A stretch of 64,000 bases of DNA from Candidatus Kapaibacterium sp. (GTDB lineage: Bacteria > Bacteroidota > Ignavibacteria > Kapaibacteriales > NICIL-2), in the NCBI GenBank assembly GCA_026003495.1, contig BPHK01000001.1, forward strand, positions 1,705,703 through 1,769,702, given 5' to 3'. The first letter of the stretch is position 1. Each line of letters begins with the position of its first letter. Below are positions 27,066 to 35,304 of this stretch, in pieces. The position numbers were made by a program, and so were the translations under genes. The notes under the pieces are model-generated. The model had not been told where the DNA came from. It did no database searches and saw only the letters and a program-made list of their open reading frames with translations.

Positions 27066-28843
27066 GGCGATTCATGCTCGAATGTACTTACTGGTGGAGG
27101 GAGCAACGGCGGCTTTGATTGGGACTTTGCTTTCTTCTGCAGCTCGATGTTCGATACCAGCAACGCCGGCGAACACGCCGAGACAGGCACATTGCCCGAT
27201 TCTGCGCCGCAGATTCCGTTGAACACGCCGATTTCCTCCGACGCAGCGATGATGTTCGCAAAGGTTGCCAGTGGCGTACCGATAAAATCCACTCCGCGGA
27301 CGAGCTCATCGGGCCTACCATCGGCGTACACCTTGTACACCACCAGTGGCTGAACGGTAAATGCATTTGGAATGCCGCGGCTGGTGAACGTAAAGCCACC
27401 GGCGATGTCGTCGAAGTACAGTCCAAACGGCTTCCCCTGCTTACGGCACTCCGCGCGAAGGAGCGCACGCAACGAATCGAAGGAAACGCGCTGGTGAGCA
27501 ACAACAATCAGGTTCGATTGGCGTGCAACTGGCGCATAGCCTGCTTGCTTTCGTCCATGGCCATTCGATGCCGGGAAGCCTTCGATTGGGGAGCGACACA
27601 TCAGGAACTGGCGAAAGACGCCACGCTCAACGCTCACAACACGCTCAGCAGGAATGCCTTCGTCATCGTAACGATAGCTTCCGGCAAGCTCTACTCCAGC
27701 ATACGAGCGCAGCGTTGGATCAAAGACAACATCGAGGAACGGCGGCAACAGTTGCTTGCCGACAAACGGCTTGAGCGTTTGGCTCGACGTTGGGTCCTTG
27801 ATGCGATGGCCTTCGGCGCGGTGACCAAAAATTTCGTGGAAGAAGACCCCAGCAGCTCGCCCTGAGAGCATCGCAGGACCAACGTAGGTTTCGAGCACCG
27901 GTGCGGTGCGGAGCTGTCTCAAAAGCTCCACCGTTTGTCGGACGTCGGATTCAAGCGAATCGAGCGTCGGCAGTCCTTCGGCGCTGCGCGATAGGTACGT
28001 TCGGTATAGCGGCAGGGTCATTCCATCGTCAGCTTTTGTGCGGGCAACGATCGTGATGCGCCAGAGCGGCTCGGTGGTAACGATCGTACTCCCATCGCTG
28101 GCAACTAGGTATTTCCGGAGCATCGTTGCTTGCAGGCTTACTTGGCTGGCGAGCACGTGCGGCTGGCTCGCCAGTAACGCAGAAAGTCGCCGCAACCGTG
28201 GCGCCCAGACAGCAGTATCGCACTTGAACGGCAGCGGTGGTTCGATGAAATGCTGGGGCGGATATGGAGTGAAATCAGCCGAAGTGTCTTCTTCACGAAC
28301 TTTGACCGCGCGGTTGGTCAAGACTTTCTCGTAGCGCTCGAGTGCTGCTTTGTAGGTGCGATCAGTAGCTTGCCAGATGACCTGCCGTAGCGCGAGCGTA
28401 TCTCCGTCGAAGGGAAGTTCCACCGAACCTTGCCCACGCCCGAACTGGATTCCGCTCGAACCGCGGAGAATGTGCGTATTATCGAGCGTGTAATCGCCAA
28501 CGCGGACGCTGACATCGAGCAACCGTTGCCGTCCAATCGTGGCGCTCACGAGTGCGCCACTGATAGCGCTCAAGGAGACTCCCTGCTGATCGTACACCCA
28601 GTAGGCGATATAATATGCAGGGCGTTCCGCTGTGCGGAGGGTTTCAGTCCAGCGGGCAAGCTCCTGTTGAAGTGCGGAGAGAACAGCATCGGTGGTATCG
28701 CTGCCTGCCTTGGCTTGGACAAGCGCTCCACCGAGAACAAGCAGAGAGAGGCAGCTCCAGCCAAGAATGCCACGCAGCACGGCATCTCCACCTCGTGCAT
28801 GGTGGGTGTGTGCTGGCTTCGACAGTGCGGAAGCGCTGCTCAC
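27062..28843 (-). CDS. secreted TldD-like metallopeptidase
   Basis: HEIFGHRAEGH (HExxxH) plus YRYDDEGIPAERVVSVERGVF...SNGHGR, and a hydrophobic signal-like N-terminus (GILGWSCLSLLVLGGALVQA). GTG 28843 overlaps the rplI stop (GTGA). An alternative GTG start lies at 28780. Confidence 0.7.
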   Translation of the reverse strand: MSSASALSKPAHTHHARGGDAVLRGILGWSCLSLLVLGGALVQAKAGSDTTDAVLSALQQELARWTETLRTAERPAYYIAYWVYDQQGVSLSAISGALVSATIGRQRLLDVSVRVGDYTLDNTHILRGSSGIQFGRGQGSVELPFDGDTLALRQVIWQATDRTYKAALERYEKVLTNRAVKVREEDTSADFTPYPPQHFIEPPLPFKCDTAVWAPRLRRLSALLASQPHVLASQVSLQATMLRKYLVASDGSTIVTTEPLWRITIVARTKADDGMTLPLYRTYLSRSAEGLPTLDSLESDVRQTVELLRQLRTAPVLETYVGPAMLSGRAAGVFFHEIFGHRAEGHRIKDPTSSQTLKPFVGKQLLPPFLDVVFDPTLRSYAGVELAGSYRYDDEGIPAERVVSVERGVFRQFLMCRSPIEGFPASNGHGRKQAGYAPVARQSNLIVVAHQRVSFDSLRALLRAECRKQGKPFGLYFDDIAGGFTFTSRGIPNAFTVQPLVVYKVYADGRPDELVRGVDFIGTPLATFANIIAASEEIGVFNGICGAESGNVPVSACSPALLVSNIELQKKAKSQSKPPLLPPPVSTFEHESP

Positions 28844-29286
28844 TCTTGGCTGATCACCCAGATTTTGAGGGTGCCGACGATGTCCTGGAAGAGCCGCACC
28901 TTGACTTCGTAGATGCCGAGTGTTTTGATTGGTTCTTCGATGATGATCGAGCGGCGATCGATCGAAAAGCCACGGAGCGCAAGTTCATCGGCGATCATCT
29001 GTGGAGTAACCGAGCCGAAGAGCTTTCCTTCCTCGCCGACCCGCATGGGAATTGAAATCTGCAGCTCGGCAAGTTGAGCAGCAGTAAGCTCAGCTTGCTC
29101 ACGCAGGCGCTGCTGCTTACGCTCGTAGTGCTTGCGTTCGAACTCGATGCGCTTGAGCGCTGACGGCGAGGCGTAGTATGCCAGCTGGCGCGGGATGAGG
29201 TAGTTGCGCGCGTAGCCGTCCCGCACTTCGACGACATCGCCGATCGAGCCCAGTTGGGGGATGTTCTCGCGGAGAATGACTTTCAT
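28840..29286 (-). CDS. rplI: 50S ribosomal protein L9
   Basis: MKVILRENIPQLGSIGDVVEVRDGYARNYLIPRQLA is the canonical L9 N-terminus. Confidence 0.95.
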   Translation of the reverse strand: MKVILRENIPQLGSIGDVVEVRDGYARNYLIPRQLAYYASPSALKRIEFERKHYERKQQRLREQAELTAAQLAELQISIPMRVGEEGKLFGSVTPQMIADELALRGFSIDRRSIIIEEPIKTLGIYEVKVRLFQDIVGTLKIWVISQE

Positions 29287-29308
29287 GGGAAAACGTGCGC
29301 TTGTGTGG

Positions 29309-29704
29309 TTACTCTTGTGTTGCCTGTTCCGCTGTGGATTTCTCTGCCGAAACTTCAGTTGGCTGTTCGGCAGGTGCAGCCATGCGCTGCTTGCGATACT
29401 CGATGAGGCGTTCGGAAAGTTGGATCGTCAGGTGGCGGAGGACGCTATCATCGAGGATCAAGTAACGCTCAATGACAGGAATCGAGCTCGGCGGCGCCTC
29501 GAAGATGCAGTGGACGTAGTACCCGTTGTACTTTTTCTTGATGGGGTATGCCATTCGCCGCCGTCCCCAGCGATTAAGTTCTCGAATAGTGCCACCATGC
29601 TGGACGATGTACTCGCTGATGCGGGCGATGGACTCTTCGATCTCCGCATCCTCGAGCGCGGCATTGACGATGTACGTGGTTTCGTACAACCTGCGTGTGC
29701 TCAT
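29309..29704 (-). CDS. rpsF: 30S ribosomal protein S6
   Basis: RRLYETTYIVNAAL...LNRWGRRRMAYPIKK matches S6. AAGGAG lies 7 nt upstream of the ATG. Confidence 0.95.
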   Translation of the reverse strand: MSTRRLYETTYIVNAALEDAEIEESIARISEYIVQHGGTIRELNRWGRRRMAYPIKKKYNGYYVHCIFEAPPSSIPVIERYLILDDSVLRHLTIQLSERLIEYRKQRMAAPAEQPTEVSAEKSTAEQATQE

Positions 29705-29742
29705 GTGGAGCTCCTTTGGATAGTAGAACGCATGTTCAACTA

Positions 29743-29767
29743 GTCAACGCTCAGCACGAGCGCTGAC
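29743..29767 (-). promoter_or_regulatory. 10-bp hairpin in the rpsF 5' leader
   Basis: Minus-strand RNA GUCAGCGCUC-GUGCU-GAGCGUUGAC (9 Watson-Crick pairs plus 1 G-U, 5-nt loop). It lies between the putative -7 box (29779..29786) and the Shine-Dalgarno sequence. Confidence 0.4.
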
Positions 29768-29778
29768 AGGATGGGTTG

Positions 29779-29786
29779 CAAAAATA
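29779..29786 (-). promoter_or_regulatory. putative FCB-type -7 promoter box (TATTTTTG) for rpsF-rplI
   Basis: The minus strand reads CGTATTTTTGCAA, identical over 13 nt to the box upstream of rplM. 74 nt separate it from the rpsF ATG. Confidence 0.4.
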
Positions 29787-29847
29787 CGGTACGCTGCCCT
29801 TGGTGGGCCGAACAACACTCCAAGGCTGCCGTAGCTTTGCAGTGCGT

Positions 29848-30228
29848 ATGACGTCGCAGCATTATGGTACGATGAACACACCACCGATCGAAACATTCCC
29901 CAATCCTGCACCCACTCGCCGCTATGTAATCACGCACGTCAACCCAGAGTTTACGTCCGTCTGCCCGAAAACAGGGCTCCCGGACTTTGGGACCGTGACG
30001 ATTCGCTACATCCCGCGCGAGCGATGCATCGAACTCAAATCGCTCAAGTACTACTACCTCAGCTATCGCAACGAAGGAATCTTCTACGAAGCGGTGACAA
30101 ACAAAATTCTCGACGATCTCGTCGCCGCTTGCGATCCTGAGGAAATGACCGTCACCACCGAGTGGCGCACGCGCGGCGGGATTCACTCGATCATCGAAGC
30201 CAGCTACCATCGGAGCGAGCAGCGATGA
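29848..30228 (+). CDS. queF: NADPH-dependent 7-cyano-7-deazaguanine reductase (unimodular type)
   Basis: [25 protein letters not shown]...[21 protein letters not shown] carries the QueF Cys motif and the E78-like motif. Start ATG 29848 (or 29872). The track start 29776 overlaps the rpsF promoter. Confidence 0.9.
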   Translation: MTSQHYGTMNTPPIETFPNPAPTRRYVITHVNPEFTSVCPKTGLPDFGTVTIRYIPRERCIELKSLKYYYLSYRNEGIFYEAVTNKILDDLVAACDPEEMTVTTEWRTRGGIHSIIEASYHRSEQR

Positions 30229-30674
30229 ATACCGTCCGCATCGCAAAAGAATTTCGCTGGGAAATGGGACATCGCCTCCCACTCCACAGCGGCCAGTGCA
30301 GTAACATCCACGGCCATTCCTACCGCCTCCGGATCACTCTCGACGGCATCCCAGACGCAAGCGGAATGGTGATAGACTTCTACGAGCTTGCAGCTCTTGC
30401 CCAGCCAATCGTGGACATGCTAGATCACGCATTCCTCTGCTCGAGCGATGACGAGACAATGCAGCGCTTCTTCCGCGACCATCCAGAGTTCAAAGTCGTC
30501 ACTGTCCCATTTCCGACAACGGTTGAAAACATTTGCCGCTGGATCGCTGAGCATCTTGCCCACCAACTCCGCCGCTACCCGAACATCACACAGTTGCGTG
30601 TGCGTCTCCACGAGACTGCCACTGCGTTTGCTGAATGCGAAGTTCCACTTTCCACCACCCCGACCGCACCATGA
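30225..30674 (+). CDS. queD: 6-carboxy-5,6,7,8-tetrahydropterin synthase
   Basis: [11 protein letters not shown]...[13 protein letters not shown]...MVIDF are PTPS/QueD motifs. ATGA overlaps with both queF and gltX. Confidence 0.9.
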   Translation: MNTVRIAKEFRWEMGHRLPLHSGQCSNIHGHSYRLRITLDGIPDASGMVIDFYELAALAQPIVDMLDHAFLCSSDDETMQRFFRDHPEFKVVTVPFPTTVENICRWIAEHLAHQLRRYPNITQLRVRLHETATAFAECEVPLSTTPTAP

Positions 30675-32143
30675 GCGTTCGCGTGCGTTTTGCACCCTCT
30701 CCAACTGGGTATCTTCACATCGGCGGCCTCCGAACAGCGCTCTACAACTTTCTCTTCGCTCGTCACCACGGCGGGCGTTTCGTTCTACGCATCGAGGATA
30801 CTGACCGTACGCGCTACGTCCCGGGATCCGTCGAAGACATCATGGAATCACTCCGATGGGCAGGCATCGAACCGGATGAATCACCACTCCACGGTGGAGA
30901 GTTCGGCCCGTACGTGCAAAGCGAACGCACGGAAATCTATCGCCAGCACGCACAGCAACTTCTCGAACGCCAAACCGCATACTACGCATTCGACACCCCA
31001 GAGGAGCTAGAGCGCATGCGCGAGCGGCAGCAGGCTGCCGGCATTGCACCACACTATGACCGCAGCTCGATGCGGAACCAATTCACGCTCGGCCCGGAGG
31101 AAACACGCCGTCTCCTTGCAGCAGGCGAGCCAGCAACGATCCGGCTCAAGGTCCCACTCCACGGCGAGGTTAAGTTCGACGACCGCATTCGTGGCACCAT
31201 CGTTGTGCCATGCAAAGACATTGACGACCAAGTGCTCCTCAAGAGCGATGGATTCCCGACCTACCACCTGGCAAACGTCGTAGACGACCACCTCATGGGC
31301 ATCACCCACGTCATTCGCGGCGAAGAGTGGCTGCCTTCGACTCCCAAGCACATCTTGCTCTACCAGGCATTCGGGTGGGAACCACCCGAATTTGCGCACC
31401 TACCACTCTTGCTCAATCCCGATCGTTCCAAGCTAAGCAAGCGCCATGGCGACGTCGCTGTCCGCGACTACATCGCCAAAGGTTACTTCCCCGAAGCAAT
31501 TGTGAACTTCATCGCTCTCTTGGGGTGGAATCCAAGCGGCGATCGGGAACTGTACACCATGGAAGAACTCATTGCAGCCTTCTCGCTCGAACGTGTCAAC
31601 AAAGCTGGCGCCGTCTTCGATCTTGCCAAGCTCGACTGGATGAACGCTCAGTACCTCAAACAACGCGTCGAACGCGACCTCCCCGGGCTTGTTGCCCAGT
31701 TGCGGCCAGTTCTTGCACAGCGAGGCTGGAACCCCGACAATGAGTACATCGGGCGCGTGATCGTCTTACTCCACGAGCGCGTCCATCGGTTGCCAGAGAT
31801 TGCCGAGTTCGGTGCCTACATGTTCACCCTCCCTGACTACGACGAAGAGTTCTTCCGCAGCACGTGGGATGATTCCCTTCAGGAGATCCTCGAACAGCTC
31901 AGAAGCATCATCGAAACGACCGAGCCATTCACCGCATCCGCGCTCCACGAGCAGATGAACCGCTACAGCCGCGAACGCAACATTCCATTCCGCCAGATCG
32001 GAACGCTGCTTCGGCTGGCAATCACTGGAAAACGCGTGGGTGCTGGGATGATGGACACGATGGCATTACTTGGCAAAGCAGAGGTGCTTCGGCGAATCGA
32101 GTTGTTCCTTGCATGGAGCACGCGCCATGCGCCTGGCAATTAG
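30671..32143 (+). CDS. gltX: glutamate--tRNA ligase
   Basis: VRVRFAPSPTGYLHIGGLRTALYN...RIEDTD...KLSKRHG carries the class I HIGH and KMSKS-type motifs. Confidence 0.95.
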   Translation: MSVRVRFAPSPTGYLHIGGLRTALYNFLFARHHGGRFVLRIEDTDRTRYVPGSVEDIMESLRWAGIEPDESPLHGGEFGPYVQSERTEIYRQHAQQLLERQTAYYAFDTPEELERMRERQQAAGIAPHYDRSSMRNQFTLGPEETRRLLAAGEPATIRLKVPLHGEVKFDDRIRGTIVVPCKDIDDQVLLKSDGFPTYHLANVVDDHLMGITHVIRGEEWLPSTPKHILLYQAFGWEPPEFAHLPLLLNPDRSKLSKRHGDVAVRDYIAKGYFPEAIVNFIALLGWNPSGDRELYTMEELIAAFSLERVNKAGAVFDLAKLDWMNAQYLKQRVERDLPGLVAQLRPVLAQRGWNPDNEYIGRVIVLLHERVHRLPEIAEFGAYMFTLPDYDEEFFRSTWDDSLQEILEQLRSIIETTEPFTASALHEQMNRYSRERNIPFRQIGTLLRLAITGKRVGAGMMDTMALLGKAEVLRRIELFLAWSTRHAPGN

Positions 32144-32585
32144 CATTGCTGCGGTAGTTTTTGCTGCGTGTGCGAGCACGACACCGCCTCCGTGCACCCT
32201 TCCACCAGGGCATGTCATTCGGTGGGGGACCTGGCTCGACTCCCTTGGTCGTCTTGAAGGCTACCAGCTGGCGTGGAATGGGACAGTCACACGCTATCAG
32301 CAGAGCATTCAGAGCGGTCAGCTGCGTATCCTCGACACGCTCACCGTCCGTATCGAACCACAAACGCACTGTGCCGTCGCGACCGATCTTCGGAATGCGT
32401 TCGTGCAGCACCAGACGTACGTCGTCATCGGACCGGTTTCGCACTTCGTCGAGCTTGCGACACCATCCGCAACAGCCCGTGCTGTCTGGGACGCACGGTT
32501 CGAAACATACGGGAGCCGTCACTTCCGTGCTATTTTCCGGTGGTTGAATCACTTGGTCGGGAACGATGAAGCTGCTCATCGCTGA
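32127..32585 (+). CDS. hypothetical lipoprotein
   Basis: MRLAISIAAVVFAACAS lipobox-like signal. No family recognised. It overlaps the gltX end by 17 nt and the next gene's start by 20 nt. Confidence 0.45.
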   Translation: MRLAISIAAVVFAACASTTPPPCTLPPGHVIRWGTWLDSLGRLEGYQLAWNGTVTRYQQSIQSGQLRILDTLTVRIEPQTHCAVATDLRNAFVQHQTYVVIGPVSHFVELATPSATARAVWDARFETYGSRHFRAIFRWLNHLVGNDEAAHR

Positions 32586-33939
32586 TGACCACAGAGATTA
32601 CTGCGCCTCACTCCGCGAATGCTTCTCGCAACAGGGCTGGAGCGCACTCGTCGCGCATACAACCGACGAGGCACTCGCAACAGTTGAACGCCACGCGCGC
32701 GAACTCGACTTGGTCTTGCTCGACATCGAATTCGACGGGGAACAGCGCACGGGGATGGATGTGCTCGAAATCATCCGTCGGCGCTTTCCGCACCTACCTG
32801 TTGTGATGATCAGCGGCAGAGGGACGCTCGAAAGCGCCGTCCGCGCAATCAAGCTCGGTGCTGAAAACTTCATTGACAAGGCGACACTCAGCAATGAACG
32901 GCTGCTCGAGGTTGTCCGCCAAGCTGCCGGCAGCGCATCCACCAACGGCACTGATACGGAAGCTGCGCTTAGCTTTCTCCGAACACACGGCATCATCGCA
33001 CAATCGCCGATCATGGCCGAGCTGGCGCAGAAGATTCTCCGCATCGCGCGATCACAGCTGAACGTCCTCATCACTGGCGAGACTGGAACAGGCAAACGGC
33101 TCGTGGCGCAAGCAATTCACGCCGCTAGCCCACGGAAGAACTATCCGTTCGTCACCGTGGACATTCCCAACATTCCACACGACCTTTTCCAAAGCGAAAT
33201 GTTCGGGCACGTCCGCGGTGCATTCACCGGCGCTGCACAAGATAAACGCGGATTCTTCCATGCGGCCAATCGCGGGACGCTCTTTTTGGATGAAATCGGC
33301 GACTTAGCGTATGACATGCAATCGAGCCTGCTCATCCCAATCGAGGAGAAAACCTTCCACCGCGTCGGCAGCAACGAGGTAGAAACTGTTGACATCCGCT
33401 TCATCTCCGCGACAGACCGCGATCTGGCGGCTGCAACCAAGCAAGGCCTTTTCCGGGAGCAGCTCTACTACCGTTTGCGCGAGACAGAGATCGTCCTTCC
33501 ACCACTCCGGGAGCGACGGGAGGACATCCCGCTCATCGCACAGCACACTCTTGCACAACTCAACGAAGGAGCCTACACACCCAAAGCGCTCACACCAGCA
33601 GCGCTCAGCTTGCTTCAGGTGCAACAGTGGCCGGGCAACGTCCGCCAACTTCTCAGCGTCATCAAGGAGAGCTTCATGCTCGCCGGAGATGGGGAATACA
33701 TCGAAGAACGCCACGTTGCCGGTGCCTTACAATCTGGATACCGCATCACCACGCCTCGTTCTGCAGATTCACTTGGCATGATCAAAGCTAATGCCGAAAA
33801 GTCTGCAATCGAAGAAGCACTCGCAACAGCCAAAGGGAATGTCACCAGAGCCGCAGCACTGCTCGGTGTCAGCCGAGAAACGATCTACAACCATTGCCGA
33901 CGCTTCGGCATTGATCCCAAGCAGTACCGACAACAGTAG
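32566..33939 (+). CDS. sigma-54-dependent response regulator (NtrC/Fis family enhancer-binding protein)
   Basis: REC (LLIADDH...LVLLDIEF), an AAA+ domain with GETGTGKRL and the GAFTGA loop (HVRGAFTGA), and a C-terminal Fis-type HTH (AAALLGVSRETIYNHCRRFG). Confidence 0.9.
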   Translation: MKLLIADDHRDYCASLRECFSQQGWSALVAHTTDEALATVERHARELDLVLLDIEFDGEQRTGMDVLEIIRRRFPHLPVVMISGRGTLESAVRAIKLGAENFIDKATLSNERLLEVVRQAAGSASTNGTDTEAALSFLRTHGIIAQSPIMAELAQKILRIARSQLNVLITGETGTGKRLVAQAIHAASPRKNYPFVTVDIPNIPHDLFQSEMFGHVRGAFTGAAQDKRGFFHAANRGTLFLDEIGDLAYDMQSSLLIPIEEKTFHRVGSNEVETVDIRFISATDRDLAAATKQGLFREQLYYRLRETEIVLPPLRERREDIPLIAQHTLAQLNEGAYTPKALTPAALSLLQVQQWPGNVRQLLSVIKESFMLAGDGEYIEERHVAGALQSGYRITTPRSADSLGMIKANAEKSAIEEALATAKGNVTRAAALLGVSRETIYNHCRRFGIDPKQYRQQ

Positions 33940-33949
33940 CGCACCCGGC

Positions 33950-34507
33950 TTAGCGACTCGCCCAGAGAACGTCCGGCACACCAAGCTGGTGATTGACCAT
34001 CCGCGCTGCAACGAAGAGGAAGTCCGAGCAGCGATTCAAGAACGGCACGACAACAACCCCAATGTCCTCCTGTTCGGCAAGCTCAGTTACTCGTCGCTCA
34101 GCCCGGCGGCACACTGTTCGCGCCTGATGCAGCAATGCTGCAGGCATGCTGCCAGTCGGCAGGATGAAGTTCTTCAGGGGAGGAAGCTCTTCTTCCCAGC
34201 GATCAATCCAGCCTTCGAGCCATTCGATATCGGACGCTGCGATCCGCGGTACTTCCCAGCGGGGCGGCGGCTCCAGCGGCGTTGCTAAATCGCTGCCAAG
34301 TGCAAACAGACGCTGGCATAGGTCGAGCAAAATTGCTCGCATCTGCTCCGGCGTGCGCTCATGTGCAATCGCAACGCCGAGCACGCTGTTGAGCTCATCA
34401 ATGGTGCCGTAGCACTCGATACGGAGGGCATGCTTGGGAACACGCTGCCCGCCGAAGAGCGCAGTTGTGCCGCGGTCGCCGGTTTTGGTGTAGATGCGCA
34501 TTGCCAT
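33950..34507 (-). CDS. ATP:cob(I)alamin adenosyltransferase, PduO type
   Basis: MRIYTKTGDRGTTALFGG...RIECYGTIDELNS...FILPGG-like (FILPTGS) are PduO-type ATR signatures. Confidence 0.85.
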   Translation of the reverse strand: MAMRIYTKTGDRGTTALFGGQRVPKHALRIECYGTIDELNSVLGVAIAHERTPEQMRAILLDLCQRLFALGSDLATPLEPPPRWEVPRIAASDIEWLEGWIDRWEEELPPLKNFILPTGSMPAALLHQARTVCRRAERRVTELAEQEDIGVVVVPFLNRCSDFLFVAARMVNHQLGVPDVLWASR

Positions 34508-34509
34508 GG

Positions 34510-35301
34510 TTAGGCTCGCTCGTAGGGTGCCACAAATCGCTCGATGAATTCCTGAACGATCGGATCCGACGATTGCCGAAATGCTTCGACGCTCCCGCTG
34601 AACCACACCACGCCGTCGTGGAGCATCGCAACGCGATCGGCGACGTTGAACACCGAGAACATATCGTGCGTGATGACAACACTCGTCACTCCCAGACGAT
34701 GCTGGAGATCTCTGATGAGGCGGTCAATCTGCTCAGACGTAACTGGATCGAGCCCTGTCGAAGGTTCGTCGTAGAGGATGTACTCTGGTCTGCCGACGAG
34801 TGCTCGCGCGACACCGACGCGCTTGCGCATGCCTCCGGAAAGATCCGACGGTTTCTTTGCACACAGGAGAGCATACTCCCGCTCATGGGATTCAAGGCCG
34901 ACTTCCTCCGGCGATGGCACAAGCCCGACTGCTTGCAGAACGCGGCGTGCTTCTGCATCGAGAACATCGAATCGGCGTTCACCGTGCTCGTAGAGACCGA
35001 TGACGACATTTTCCCAGACGGTCAGCGAATCGAAGAGTGCTGCACCCTGGAAAACAAAGCCGATTCTACGGCGAACGGCGTAGAGCGCGGATTGGGGGAG
35101 CCCACCAATCGGCGTTCCACCAATCCGCACTGTGCCGCGATCTGGTCGAAGGAGCCCGACCATGATCTTGAGCAACACACTTTTGCCACAACCGGATTTG
35201 CCGACGATGCAGGTGGTTTGGCCGTCGGGGATTTCGAGCGACACACCGCGGAGAACCTGCTTGAGACCGAATGCTTTGTGAATGTCTTCGATGGCGATCA
35301 T
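34510..35301 (-). CDS. ABC transporter ATP-binding protein (MlaF/Ttg2A-like)
   Basis: Walker A GKSGCGKSV, signature LSGGMRKRV, Walker B ILYDEPSTGLD. The N-terminus resembles MlaF-type ATPases. Confidence 0.85.
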   Translation of the reverse strand: MIAIEDIHKAFGLKQVLRGVSLEIPDGQTTCIVGKSGCGKSVLLKIMVGLLRPDRGTVRIGGTPIGGLPQSALYAVRRRIGFVFQGAALFDSLTVWENVVIGLYEHGERRFDVLDAEARRVLQAVGLVPSPEEVGLESHEREYALLCAKKPSDLSGGMRKRVGVARALVGRPEYILYDEPSTGLDPVTSEQIDRLIRDLQHRLGVTSVVITHDMFSVFNVADRVAMLHDGVVWFSGSVEAFRQSSDPIVQEFIERFVAPYERA

Positions 35302-35304
35302 CGC

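Noticed and set aside
29789-29847. Possible preQ1 riboswitch upstream of queF (a CCTTGG...CCAAGG stem is present).
   Set aside because: There is no short hairpin followed by an A-rich tail with the conserved CUA/ACUA-type elements of preQ1-I, and the stem-loop does not resemble the preQ1-II/III folds I know. The region is more simply a short leader opposite the rpsF promoter.
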